From: Torpedo marmorata
Taxonomy: Eukaryota
NCBI GenBank assembly: GCA_977017645.1
Contig: OZ360223.1
Coordinates: forward strand, 204,352,001 to 204,416,000
Reading direction: 5' to 3'
Length of the DNA: 64,000 bases
Shown: in pieces, positions 24,461-37,599 of the stretch
How the letters are laid out: every line of letters begins with the position of its first letter
Position numbering within the stretch: the stretch's first letter is position 1
Program-made: the position numbers and the translations under genes
Notes under the pieces: model-generated
The model's input: only the letters and a program-made list of their open reading frames with translations
What the model was told of the DNA's origin: nothing
Databases searched by the model: none

Positions 24461-26322
24461 TTTAATCCACATTCCATTCAACAGGCTTGCGAGCGCAGTG
24501 AATTGCAACGCGCTGCATTTAGTTTTCCTGTAATATACCGTGAACTTTCAATTAGTTTTAATTTTATTGCCATTTTACAATTCTAAAAAAAAATGTTTAG
24601 GGTTAAATGTAAGTTTAAATAATGTTTCACCCCCTTTGATAGTAACATTAGTTGAACGATTTGAAATCATATCACGATATGAAATATGCCTTTTTTACTG
24701 TTGTTATTAGAATGAGGCAAACGATTCCTGTCGTATTATTAACATAATTTTGTTTGTCACTTTGGTTTTCATTGAATCCTTAATCGTGGCCAAATCTGAT
24801 GAACCTAGACTTGATATTTATGCAGTAATAAAGTAAAATACAATATGGAAATAACTGTCATTAAAAAACACTTCTCTCACCAGTTGGATTCCCGCTGATG
24901 CTTGGATTAAACTGTACCGTTGTTAGCTGGGTAACGTTATTTTGGATTTTCTTTGCCTCTACGAGCTTATGCATCGATTTTTTTTTAAATAGTTGAGATA
25001 AATCTAGATGCGTGTTTTTTTGTGGCTGGTAATATATTTGTATTGTCAGAAAGTTCTTTGTCTGAGCTCTTTGGTCACCTTAAGTTGTTTATGTTCAATT
25101 GGAAACTGAGATAATTAACGTTAGGTATTGATTTTTTGGTGTTCGTTGATTCGCAGGTTTATGTAGGCCGTCAAAGGGCTTGGTGTAATAATAGGTACAC
25201 AAACGGTGCGAGTTTACCAATCTTGGAATGACATTATTTTACCTATGTTTTTGTTCAATTAGTTGATTTATTTTAGAATTGATGCTTCTCGTTGTCTTTT
25301 CAAGCCCAGGATTCTTTCGATGAGCAACCCTGTCTGGGACCTTCGTTCACCGAACTTTAAAAAAAAATAACCGTGTTCTTGTTGAATGCTTCCTTTCCGT
25401 TATTAATTTGGGCCGGTTATTGAAACTAGAAGAAGCGATCCGAGTAGGATGAGGAAAATACTACGTTCCCGAATAACGATGACTGTTTAAAACGGGAATT
25501 TGCTGTATTTAATAATAAAACAAACGAAACGGTGAGCAGATCAAATGGGAGCGAACGAAGGTATTCGAAAAGACAAGAGAGTGACTAGCAAGAAAAGTAA
25601 CACGGAACCAAGAACGCTCCAAAAAATAGCGTGGGGAGAAAATGTTCACAAATCCGGGGAAGTTGTAGAGAGAAGAAACAAAAAGTACACTGTAGTGGAT
25701 GATGCCGAAACTATTTCGTGCACGGTAAAGGGACCGGAAAGGTTTCATTGAAGGCGAAGCTGGGGTGGGGGAGTTGGAAACATGAATGGATCAAGTAGAG
25801 AATCAAAAAGGCAAAAGGTCGACAAGTCCCATGTGAAAAAAATACGGAGATACTTCAGAAATAAAATAAACACAAGGATCCGAATTGTAAATCAGAGAAA
25901 GAATGCAGGTGAAGAGAGAACAAATAGCAAAATGTAAGCACAAAATTAGGTGGAATGGTTATAAAATAACACCAAAGACATACAAAGAAAACAGTGTCCC
26001 AGTATAAAGGGTAACATCAAAGGGATAGATCCGGTGGATCTAAATACTCTTTACATGTAGAAAACTATTTCAGAGTAACATTTTTTTACTCACGCGAACA
26101 AAAGAAAGGGAGAATAAACAGAAATTAAGCAAGTACAAAGACCGATGCATGCGAACAATATCTCAAATAAAAAAGAAATCGAATCGATGAAGCGGAACCT
26201 AGAAAAGCAAGGGGGAAATAAGAGAATACGACCAGATACATACTTAAGATGAGCAAAGAGAGAGGGACAGGGGAAAAAGTCACAAGAGCAAAAAGGAAGA
26301 GCGGGAGATGAAATGATACTGG

Positions 26323-26366
26323 ACTACAATTCCCAGGTGCCAGTGTGTGGCCAATGCGATTGCGCA
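26323..26366 (+). promoter_or_regulatory. Promoter module: ACTACAATTCCCAG, CCAAT box, TGCGCA
   Basis: Motifs at 26323-26336, 26351-26355 and 26361-26366. Confidence 0.75.
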
Positions 26367-26405
26367 GTAGGTTGTCGGGGACTGCGCTGGTATATTGCTG
26401 TCCCG
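26367..26405 (+). other. RNF220: Candidate non-coding first exon of RNF220 (start uncertain)
   Basis: CCG|GTGAGT donor at 26406 right after the promoter motifs, 1.4 kb upstream of the acceptor at 27847. Confidence 0.45.
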
Positions 26406-27847
26406 GTGAGTGAGTTCTGAAATTGACGCGTAACACACTCTCTCTCTCTCTCTCTCTGACTGAGCCAAGCGGCAGCAGCGGAGCAGCAGCACAACATTCC
26501 TTCTCTGATCGGACTCGGGATAGGGATCCCTCTGTGCACGTAATCAACACCATTCTACAACAGCAGACTTCGTTCATTCATTCAATCACTCAAACACTCT
26601 GTATTCCAGACTTCCACTCCACAGCCCTTATATACTGAAGGAGAGTTTTGCCAAAAGAAATAAACCTTTTATTTTCGTGTATATATGTTCTATTATAATA
26701 AGTGAAAGCATCCTTGGGAATTAAAGTAAGTACTGTAATAAGAATGTATCTGTGATGTGTTGTCTCCAACTTTGTCCGGAAGTCATTGTTTACATACTTC
26801 ACCGTCTGTGTGTGCCGATGCATGCACCTTGCAATTAAAAAAATACTGTAGTAAAGTACTTAATCCAGAAAATTTGTGTTCATTGCCTGCGTTGCAATGT
26901 ATCGCCTGAACTATTTGAAGCCTTGTTTAGAAAAAAAATGCACTGTGATGATGATAAATTATATGTGCGAACTGTATTCATAGTGACTTGTACAATGTGC
27001 TTTTATACAGTAATATTTGGGTTGTTGTTAATTCTATACGGCACAACTGCTTTGCTTTTCGTGCTCTTATTTTTATTCCTTGATGATTGCTACTAAGTAT
27101 CATTAAATTAGCTGTTTAATTGACCCCAGTTTCAAAGTTGCAATGAATTATCCGGTACTGGATGTTATTAATCTTGATAGTTGTAACAAAAGTAGCAACT
27201 GGGTTTTTGGTGTCTTGATGTCTGACGACTAGGAAAGTACGAGATGATTTAGTGCTGGTACATTTCGATTTTTGGCTGGAGTCCTGCTTTCTCTCCTTTT
27301 TACCAGCCATGTCATTCGTTATTAGTTACTATTGATCGCTTTGCAAAGTGATAACTGAACTAAAATTAATGTCAATTCTACCGCTTAAATCAATACCGTT
27401 AAAATATTTTAATCTGTATTTTTGCCACGTGCCAAATTACAAATCTGAAAAGTAAACATTTGTATAAAAACGTAATAATATACCTTTATTTCTTTGGTGA
27501 GCAGCATTTTGAGGGGAAAGAATGCTTAATCAGTAACCACCTCTTGTGATTTCGGAGCAATAAATGTATTTTTGATCACAGGGCTGTAGAGGTTCTGTTA
27601 TTTGGGGTCAGTCTTTAAGCCCGTGACTTTTTGACATTAGAGTGTATTAAGTATAGATTTTCATAATTACTGTGGTCAAATAGAACCTCATCTATAAAAG
27701 CGTCAGAATCCTTGTAATAAGATGCAAATTTATATGTGTGCATTTTGTGTATGTGCCTATTTAAGAGGATAAAGGAGATGAAAATTGTGTATTTGTGTGT
27801 GCGTATATGTGTGTGAATACTTATTTTTGTTCTCTTTATTAATACAG

Positions 27848-27959
27848 AGTCTATCAAGCTGTGGTGTTAATGATGTCACCCTGCTCTTTATAAAGCCAGC
27901 CTTGCCTACATTTGAGAAGGTCATATACAAGTCTGGTACGAGTGAGCAAAGAGTTTCCA
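27848..27959 (+). other. RNF220: 5' UTR portion of the first coding exon of RNF220
   Basis: Polypyrimidine tract plus TACAG acceptor ending at 27847. Confidence 0.75.
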
Positions 27960-28587
27960 ATGGACTTGCACAGAACAGCTTTCAAGATGGAGAATTCTTC
28001 CTACCTCCCTAATCCCCTTGCATCTCCAGCTTTGATGGTCCTTGCCTCTACAGCAGAGGCTAGCCGAGATGCCTCCATCTCTTGTCAGCAGCCTAGACCT
28101 TTTGGAGTACCCGTCTCAGTGGACAAAGATGCCCACATCCCCTTCACCAATGGTTCATACACCTTTGCCTCAATGTACCATCGTCAGGGTGGGGTGCCAG
28201 GGGCCTTCCCAAACCGCGATTTCCCCCCTCAGCTTTTGCATTTGCATCATCAATTTGCACCTCCGAATCTGGACTGTACCCCCATCAGCATGCTGAACCA
28301 TAGTGGTGTTGGGGCTTTCCGGCCCTTTGCCTCCGCTGAAGACAGAGACAGTTATCAGTCTGCCTTTACACCTGCTAAAAGACTAAAGAACTGCCATGAA
28401 ACTGAATCCCCCCATCTGAGGTTTTCAGACTCTGAGGGCAAGGAATATGAGTTCACAGCCCAGCTCCCGTCCAGTTCCCCCAGCTCACTAAAGCTAGATG
28501 ACTCTGGAAAAAAGGTCTTTGCTGTGTCAGGTCTCATCTCTGACCGAGAAAATTCTGCAAGCCCTGAAGAAAGTCGAAACGAGAGAT
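27960..28587 (+). CDS. RNF220: E3 ubiquitin ligase RNF220, first coding exon (209 codons + 1 nt, phase-1 intron)
   Basis: MDLHRTAFKMENSSYLPNPLASPALMVLASTAEASRDAS...SYQSAFTPAKRLKNCH is nearly identical to the vertebrate RNF220 N-terminus; GTGAGT donor at 28588. Confidence 0.96.
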
Positions 28588-31500
28588 GTGAGTGATTGTT
28601 TTTTTACTTGATTTTGTTTTATTTTTGTAAATTCAAATGTTCCATTTATTGTATCATATGAGTTCTGATAGCTGTTTCACATTAAATTTGAATCTAAGCT
28701 AAATTATCTTACTGAAGAGGTTACTTTAAAATTTAAATTACTTGAACTCAGAATTGTTCCACTTTTAATTGAGAACTGAGAATTATGTGGACAACATCTA
28801 AAGTAATCGTTCTTGTCAGTCTTTCACTTTTCATCTAGTGCATTTTAATTTCAGTTGCCGGTTTGTTTGCTCGAGAGCAGGGTTTTAATGGTGTACAGTT
28901 TAAAATAAAACTAAGTAAAACAAACAGAATTGCACCTTCCAGTGATTAAAATCATTCAAAGGAATTAAGATAAGATCATCTTTCCGTGGAGATCTAATGC
29001 TATAAATATTCTTTTAAAGAAAGCTCTTCACTAGCCCTTCTCATCAGCATCACTCTCATCCCCACCCCCAGCACAATCAACCAAATAACTTCTGAGAAAA
29101 GAGAAACGACCCTATAACTGAGAGGAAGCCGATCCTCGCATCTGCATTGTGATGTTTGTTGAGTTAGATTGCAATTCCAGAAGTTTGTGGGGCACATCAG
29201 TGGTTCGAGAAGAAAGGTGCTGCTTAGAAGATGAGGTGTTAATGGGTGATAAGTTAACAATCCTCAACTGTGGGAAGCTACTGGCTTTTGTTGGTGTTTT
29301 GGTTGAAGAAAGAGTAAGAGGTGGCAAGGGAATCAAGAAGTAAAGGTGAGAATAAAAGAGAGGGAGAAAGTGAAAGCAAAGGGATGCAAAACAAAGTGAG
29401 TGATAAAGAGGGCATTAAAAAACTGTTGGTGAGGAAGAAAGGCGAAAAAAATTGAGTACGAGGACAGATCATTTCAAAAGTTTGATTGCAGTAGGGAACA
29501 CAGATGGGCGATATTATGGTTAAGAAGCAGTAATTAATCTGCAATTGTTGAGTCAGAATCCAGGCCCCTATCTTCCTTCCTGAGCTGTTAACAAAAAAAA
29601 ATTAAAACAACAAAACGTGGATGTCTTTGCTTCCTTCCTGACAGGACCAACCTGGTTGCTTTTCTTCTTCATAAATGTCTTCTGATTTATTGAGCAAACA
29701 AATTGGAACAGTGTTGGTGGGATGGTAATGACAGGAGAAATAGTACAAATTGAAACCTATATTAATATTCTTTCCATTCGCTGCAAGTAAACTTTCGCAA
29801 GGATGTTCTTATAATCATGTGCCAATTGGTGTGTTTTGCATTACTTAACCAGATGTGAAAACACTGATCTTTTCAGTTCTTCCCACTGGATTTCAACTGG
29901 CATCCTTTTCACATTTCTTTAAATACTTCCCTCCCCTCTTTTCCTCTACCCTCTTATGGTAATGATAGGCACTAATATGGAAAAAAAATTGCAAGGAAGG
30001 CAGTGGCGGATCAGCTTTGAGCAGTTACTGAGAGCTAGTATTATACAACCTCAGTCTTTAAGCCTGCAGTGTAGAAAAAGGATTTGAGGGTTGTTGGAAT
30101 GAATATTGAGGTGCGAAAGAGATAAGAGAAGGGACAATTGGACTCTATAACACAATGCCATTTGTTATAAGGCAGAGGTGTGAGCTGCCACACTTTAAAA
30201 AAAACTACCTCGCAGTATGTTTGTATTAAATTGCATGCAGCTGGACTAATACATCTTTTAAACAGATAAATGTACAATGGCAGCTTTATAGGATTGTAAA
30301 TACAAATGCTAAAGAAAAGCTGATGGTGTGGAAAACTGATGAAAATCTACAGTTTACTTTCATCCAAATATGGCTTTTAAAAGCTGAATTGATGAATGAT
30401 GAGTTGCTAGACATTAACATTTTTTAAATAAAAGCAACATTATAAACATTTTCTTCAATATTTCAGGCCATCTGTTTTTATTTTAGAAATTCTTTATATC
30501 CAACAGTTAAAATAGGTTAATCATCTATCTCCATTTTGTGCATGATGACAAAAAAACACAATAACAATATAAACCTGATTTGTTATGAATAACTTTGCAC
30601 TATATTTCAACAGCAATTGAAATTACATTAAATTTAACTAGACATTCCTCTACTTAATATCTAATTTTTATCTAGCAGATATTAATAAATATGCATTACA
30701 AATTTAGTTTTTAAGAGTGGCACTATCATACATGAATGCCTCGTGTGAATTACTTACACATATTCTTTTTTAAATGATACTTTATTTTTTTTTATATATA
30801 GTAATGTGTAATTTCTACAGATATTTATTATCAAGATTGTTATGATGTCAGTTAAACAATCTATACATTTATAGCTTTATCTATTGGTCTGTCTATGTAC
30901 TACTATTTATTGCTTTAGCTACTTTTAGTTAACACTGATTGCATTGCACTAGTGTGTAGGATAAATGGTTGATTTATAAAGTGGAGTTTCATTACGAAGG
31001 CTGTAGCTTGAAATATTGCAGCTAAATGGTAATATGTATGGAATTTTTGGGGCTGCCAGAGGCTTAGTACGCAGATCTGTCACTTTCCCTGAGCAACAAC
31101 CCTGACGACCTCTATTCAAAGTGCCATCGATTTCCTTTCTTTATTTCTTCCCAAAAAATCTGTTACAAGACTGCTGCCAAGGGAGTACCTGCTCAATTGC
31201 AGAATAACACTTATTCACTTTTAAATACTGTTTCTTAGAAATAAAATTGAACCAATTCAAACTTTGAACATTTTCTTTTAAACTGATAAAACTGAATATA
31301 TTGCACAATGCTACAGATTTTGTGGGCTCTATTATTTTAAGTGATTTAGACATTGAGTGTCTGAAATAAAAGAAGCCTGTTTAAAGGGGTTTATTTATTA
31401 ACCTATACTTTATGATTGGCAAATGTAGCAAGATAAATATTTAGAGTTGTTGCTCAGAGTCAGAATTTCCATTTGTTAAAAATGTATTATGTGCGATTCG

Positions 31501-34500
31501 GGTCTTGAGCAAATGATTCAGAAAGAGGCTCATGCTACCAGCTTAAAACCAATTTTCTGATTTGCTTCAAGCTTTTTATTTTGATTAGTACAGTTTAGCA
31601 AAATATTACCTTTTACCGGTCAAGTACAATTTATGAAGTACAAAAGGATGAATTAGATAGTCAATAAATTAATAGACAGAAAATAATCCTTACTTAAGAA
31701 AGCGGTTTTGAAAATGAATACTGCAAGGAGGGAGAAAAATTATGAACGAGTTAGAGAAATCTGAAGATGCTTTGACGTAATGACTCATCTTAAGATTTTA
31801 TTTGATCTTTCATGCAATCATGCATATTCAACTTGCCACCGTCTCTGAGACTAGAAAAGAAACTTTGTGTACTCTTGCATGTAATTAATGGTTTTTGAAC
31901 ATAGGATCAGCCAACATATGTTTAACTAAAAGTTGGGAAGCAGGAGTTCCAGGAATTTGAGAATGATCACTGACCGTTGTTGAGAAAATATAGTTTGGAT
32001 TGGCTAGTCGCAATATCTTCTCAAACCCATAGTCTGTGCAAGGCTTTGCATATGAAATCTTGGCTTTGGGTTAAAAACAAACAGCTCCTCAGATACTAAC
32101 AATCAATGGCAATGCCGTTTGGACTACATTTTGTTAGTCCCTGTGCAGCATTTTTTCATGATAGATCTTTTTTCTTTATTTTTCATTTCAAAGTCTTCTG
32201 TTCACAGTTAGTGGCCCAATTTAAATTTTTGTTGTAGAATCCATAGCAAAGTGAGGCGCCTGTCTTGTCTATCCTTATTTTATTTGTAAATACCTCATTT
32301 CTCTGTAGGGGTACTATCTCTGTCTGGCAAAACATCTTTATTCTCATCAATTACTGCTCATTTGCCCTCTGTCTACATTCGTGCAATGTGTCTGGTCCAT
32401 AGAGGCTGAAGGGGAGCTTGACGTTCAGTCAGTAAACCTACAGGGAGACTTGGTCAGTATCCTCAGCTCTCTCCGACAGCATGATAGCACATACAACAAA
32501 GCGGACTACTGTCAGAATGCACGCTGGCGTAATACCACATGGTTGTAACCACTTTTGCCTTTCAAATCCAAATAATATTCACTGTCATAATTTTTTTAAC
32601 AAATTGTTGATACTTACCAATTGTTTGAAACTCCTGATTGGTGAGAGCACACATTTTACATTTTTGATAGCCAAATTATTATAGTTAACAGTTTTTAAAA
32701 TAAATATGGTAATTTTTAATGATTTTCTAAATAAAAATATATATTTATAGATGAAGTAATTTAATTAAATTTGCTGCAAATAATGGATACAGCTTTTTAC
32801 CATTTACATTTTGTAAATTCTCAGTTGTACAATGCTGGAGAAAGAATAAAAGTGCAAGCTGAAAATCTTTTATCTCAACATGATTTTACACTGTTGCTCA
32901 ATATGAAACAATGTGATAAATTGGTAACAATGAAAGGAGAAAATATGTCTTGTTCCATTTTTCCATTTAAAAAAGAATTCTTTATTTTTGCTGCCAATGT
33001 AGATTTTCGCACAAACAAGTCATTGGATTGAAATAAAGTGCATTTTGCAATATTAAGAAAATATGTCACGTCTTTTCAAAAAAAGAACCTTTAGCAGGAA
33101 CATTTCTAAGCCAAACTGATAAACTATCAAAATGTAAATATTTTCAAAGCAGAAATATTCAGTTGTTGTGGAACAGATAAATATAATGGGGGTAGAGAAA
33201 CATACCAAACCTTGCAGGTTACTGACTGGGTGGAAGAAAAGCCATGCTCAAAGTAGTAATGAGGGTCCATCAATGAACAGAAAAATACTAATCTTGGCCT
33301 TTAAAAGGGAATGAAATTAACGAGAAATGTACATTTTTAAGTGTTAATAAACGTTACATTTCAAAAGCTAAGGATCTTTGCAACAGGTTTGCCTGTTGCT
33401 TGCCAGCTATTTTTTTTTATTCAGCAAGTATCTTGTCCTTTTTTTGTGAAAAATGGGTAGCAGCTGCTCTGGTGGGCTGTGTACCGTAAGTATAATTCAG
33501 TGTCTCAATTGTGTCTCCCTGCTTGTGTGCGAGAGGGAGAGAAAGAGCCATCCCTTTGTTTCCTTTGTGAGAGCCAGGTGACAGAGCCAGTGTTGAGAGG
33601 GCAGAAAAATAGCAACCGGCAGTTCTCTGGCAGTCGAGATCAAAGAAGAAGGCAGGAGGTCTTTTCAAATTGGGGGCCCTGGAGTTGAAGCTATAATCAC
33701 AGCTTACAGCCAACCAGTTTCTGAAAGGTACTAGCCTGGAAAAGAAAAAAAACTTTCCAGGAGCTAAGATAGTTAATTAAAACCAGCAAACAGGTGCCCT
33801 AACAGCAGCAGTGAATCAAATCATAAAGTTTTACAATGGAACGGTTTCTTTAAAGGCATGGGCAGAAAAAAAAAGAGCAAAAGATTTGCCTTCACCTAGC
33901 ATATGGCACATGCCATTTACAAGCTCAGAAGCTTTTTGGAAGAATATAAACACTTACAGTTTGTTCACAGAGTCTTGCAGATTTAATATATTAAAATGTC
34001 CCTTTCGCTTCTGGTACAAGTCAAGCAGCTGTTTTAGTTTATTAAAAAAAATCTGTGGTTAATGCAAAATCAGCAGTGGCACAGGGCTTATAAGAAAAAG
34101 ATCAATCATGGAGTGGGGTGATAAATTAGACACATCAACGAAAGAGAACACCTTAAATCGAGCTGGCTTGGTGACGGGGGAATGTGTGTTGAAGGATGGT
34201 GGCTGCTTGTGTTTTTCAATAAATAGAATCATCACAATGAATGGTGCAAAGCAACCATTTGAGTTTACAATGTGGCAAATCTCTTCAAACCCGTTTTAAT
34301 GTTATTTTGTACAACTTCTTCATTACTGTGAATTAATAACAGAAAGGCCCAATAGAGTTCCATTTGAAACTTGAGAATAAGTAAAAGTCCGACTGTTTAA
34401 CAACAAAAAAAATTTTGATCTAGATATTTACTTTTAAAATTTCTGAAATTACTTAAGCGATTATATGTTGGATTTTATCCCCTTGTGTAAATAGTTGATT

Positions 34501-36584
34501 TAGAGTCTGATTTAATCAGTTCAGGAGTTTTTTATAAAAAAAGTAGTATTCTTGTTGATGATAATTATGTAAAGTGGAAATTTAAAAGTAATTAGACCAA
34601 GGACAACAGGTCACTGAGTTGTTAATCACACAAGAAACCCAGTGAATTCACCCTCGCTAAAATGCACTCATCCATTTCCCTCAGGAAGACAGCTCATCAT
34701 TTACATTTCTGATAGACAAGATTTTCTGTCCTCTTCAGCCCAACTGTGGAACAAGCATAAGAAAAGTTGGCATCCATATTAACCAGACTGTCTGTTCATC
34801 CTTAACAGATTGCCATTTGGATTATTGATTGAGAAAGTGAAAACATCAGGTTATAAATGGAAGAGGGAGATCTGTGGTTGGAAGCTGGTGATGGGGGTTT
34901 GTGGTGATGTTGGCAGGGGTGGAGGGGGGCTGGATTGAAGAAATAAAAATAAAACATTTGATCAAAAATACCTCTCTTTTTTATGCTTCATTGCAATCAA
35001 TGAAAGAAAATAAAAGGTCAATCCATTACAGCATGGGTTGAATCACTTAACATTTTTGCCAAGAAATTAAGGAAATTATTTATTAATGAATGTTTTTGTG
35101 CTCAAGTAGCTGAACAAATCATTCCCTGTTTTTCCTACAGCCTTTATAGTACCAATTATTGAACTGTCCTTATGACCAGGAATTAATTTTTGTGTGGCCT
35201 AAAGTATTCTTTAAATTTATTTCCATCGCAATTTTAAACAGGGAATAAATCAGTAAAGAGAAAGTGATAAAGGGTTACCTGTCTTGATATCATAGTATTA
35301 ATCCCAATAGTTGTGCTCTTTTCAAATTAGTGGATTATGTTTTCTCCCTGTGACAAATTAATTTTAATGATGACTAGCTTTATTATGAGATCTGTGTTTG
35401 TAATCTGTGCAACAGTTTTAGGTCTTTTTTCTGTTTTTGTTTAATTTAAAGTGTCCTGTAATTACAGGGGTGTTAGCATATGTGGAGAGGGTGATATGAT
35501 TTATCCTGCACGGACAGCCATGACACAGCTGTTTGGAAGATAAAATAGTATAACTGTGTAGCTACAAAATGCTCTCCTTATTATACCTCATTAAAAACAG
35601 GCTGTGATAAGTCAGCCAGGCAATGAATAAAATCTATTGCCTGTGTAGAAAATAGATATACAAGTACCATCAGGAGGGTGGGGGAAGTGAAGGGGGAAAC
35701 AGGCAGGTAGGTGTGTGTGTTTGCAAAATAAATAATGCCTTCTTTTCTACTCTTCCGTCTGCCTGTGAGTAGATGCCAAGAGGATATAATGGTTCCGAGT
35801 AATTAGTAAACTTTTCAGGTATGACACAAAGAAACAAATACTTGATTTCAAATATTGTTCTAAGTACAGGTGTATTGTCATGTGTTACTTTAACCTTTTA
35901 GTTATTTTTATTACCTAAAATCATGGCCTCCTTGATCACATCTTTCCACTATCATCAATGGATCGTAGTGAAATCCGGAAGACAGGTTAAAGTTCTTTGT
36001 CATTGATTGAATTTTATGTCACAGTTTCATCATCATTATTTTTCCTGATATTATGATATTCAGGGTTGGGCGGTAGCCGACTCTGCTCTTTTTGAAAAGT
36101 GGGAAACTGAGTTTTTTGCAGAGTGACTGGGATGTTAAGAATCTGAAAATCTTTCAGTATAATTTCAATATTTAATGTGGCATCTTATGAATTTTCTCTC
36201 CTGTGTTATTTGAATAAAAATTGTAAATGGTGGCCTTGGAATTATTACCTAACTAGTTTGTCATGAAATTGTGAAATCATTTTGCTTTAGATAGAATTCT
36301 TGGTAATGCATACCAGTAAATCTCCTTCTGTTGTGGTATGTCCTGTGTGAAAATACACTGCATGGATACAAAGCATGACTATTATTGTGCTAAGTGTAGA
36401 ACCTATGTAAATTTTACACCATTTTAATGTAAGGGAAAAAAGAATTGCTTCCTGCCACATTTGGTGAATTGACTTTTTTTTCTAAAAGGATACTCAATGA
36501 ATAAGGACAGTTGATGAAAGTTAAAAAAAAAGTTTTTTAAAAAAAGTAATAAAGTATCTTAGAGAAATATTTACAGCAAAATAA

Positions 36585-37178
36585 CACTGGACAATGAAGA
36601 TTTTGCTTCATGAACACGGATGGGTGTATTTTATGGATTTTGGGCTATTGATCACGAAAATCACCTTAAAATTTTCCGATCATGTACCATTTTTTAGATA
36701 TAACCTATTTTCGTGATTTCCTGTCATATTTTACTTCAAGCATACAAAACCATGCAGTGCAACATGTCATTGAAAATTCATTTTCTGCATTCGCACTTGG
36801 ACTTCTTCCCTGCTGATCTTGGTGCAGTCAGTGATGAACATGGTGACATTGCGACCATGGAAAAGCAGTATCAGGGCAACTAGAATCCATCAATGCTGGC
36901 CGACTATTGTTGGATACTGACCCAAGAGGCATCAGATGCTGAGTACAAACGAAAATCAACGGCAAAACATTTTTAGGTTAGTTGAACTAATGCAATGTGT
37001 CAGCATCACTATGTAATTAAACATGCTAAATTAAATAAAAGTTAATTTAATGTTTCTCCAACTTCCTACGTGATACAGCAAATCTGAAGTTATCTTTGTG
37101 TTCAGATAGAAATTGTCTATCATAATCCCCAATTTCTTTTCAGGAAACAAACCTTTTGAAAAACTTTGTTGTCCAGTG
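36585..37178 (+). mobile_element. Non-autonomous Chapaev3-like DNA transposon
   Basis: TIR CACTGGACAA...TTGTCCAGTG, 3-bp TSD TAA on both sides, transposase C-terminal remnant MSLKIHFLHSHLDFFPADLGAVSDEHG...SMLADYCW at ~36734-36976. Confidence 0.82.
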
Positions 37179-37411
37179 TAATCGGCTTGGATAAGGATGA
37201 GGTGAGTGAAAGAGAATATTTTCAGTAGATAAGAATGAGAAAGGAACCAAGGTACTCCGTGGACTGAATAGAGACAGAATGAGTATGAAAATATAAAATA
37301 ACAAATAGTACATGGATAGAGTTAGATAAAGTCAGAGTCCATACACTGAAAAACTATCACAAGATATGATTTCACATAGTCAGGAAAGCACACACAAGAG
37401 AAGTGGAGTAG

Positions 37412-37562
37412 ATTCTGCTTATTCCTTGAAGAAGGGCTCAGGCCTGAAACGTCGGCAATATATCTTTGTCTCCTATGGATGCTGAAAGACTGGCTGAGTT
37501 CCTCCAGCATTTCAGTGCGTTTTTACTATGATCACAGCGTCTGCAGACTTTCGTGTTTCACT
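37412..37562 (+). mobile_element. Penelope terminal-repeat fragment
   Basis: Matches 1245-1350, including the GGGCTCAGGCC...GAAA core. Confidence 0.75.
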
Positions 37563-37599
37563 TAAGTAAGATTAACCCTGTGAAGTACACACAAATATA

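Noticed and set aside
27912-27959. ORF-track N-terminal extension of RNF220 (MRRSYTSLV...) and stop at 28595
   Set aside because: Starts at TTG; homology begins at ATG 27960 and the frame is spliced at 28588
35500-35521. REST/RE1-like CACGGACAGC
   Set aside because: Only the right half-site matches; the left TTCAGCACC half is absent
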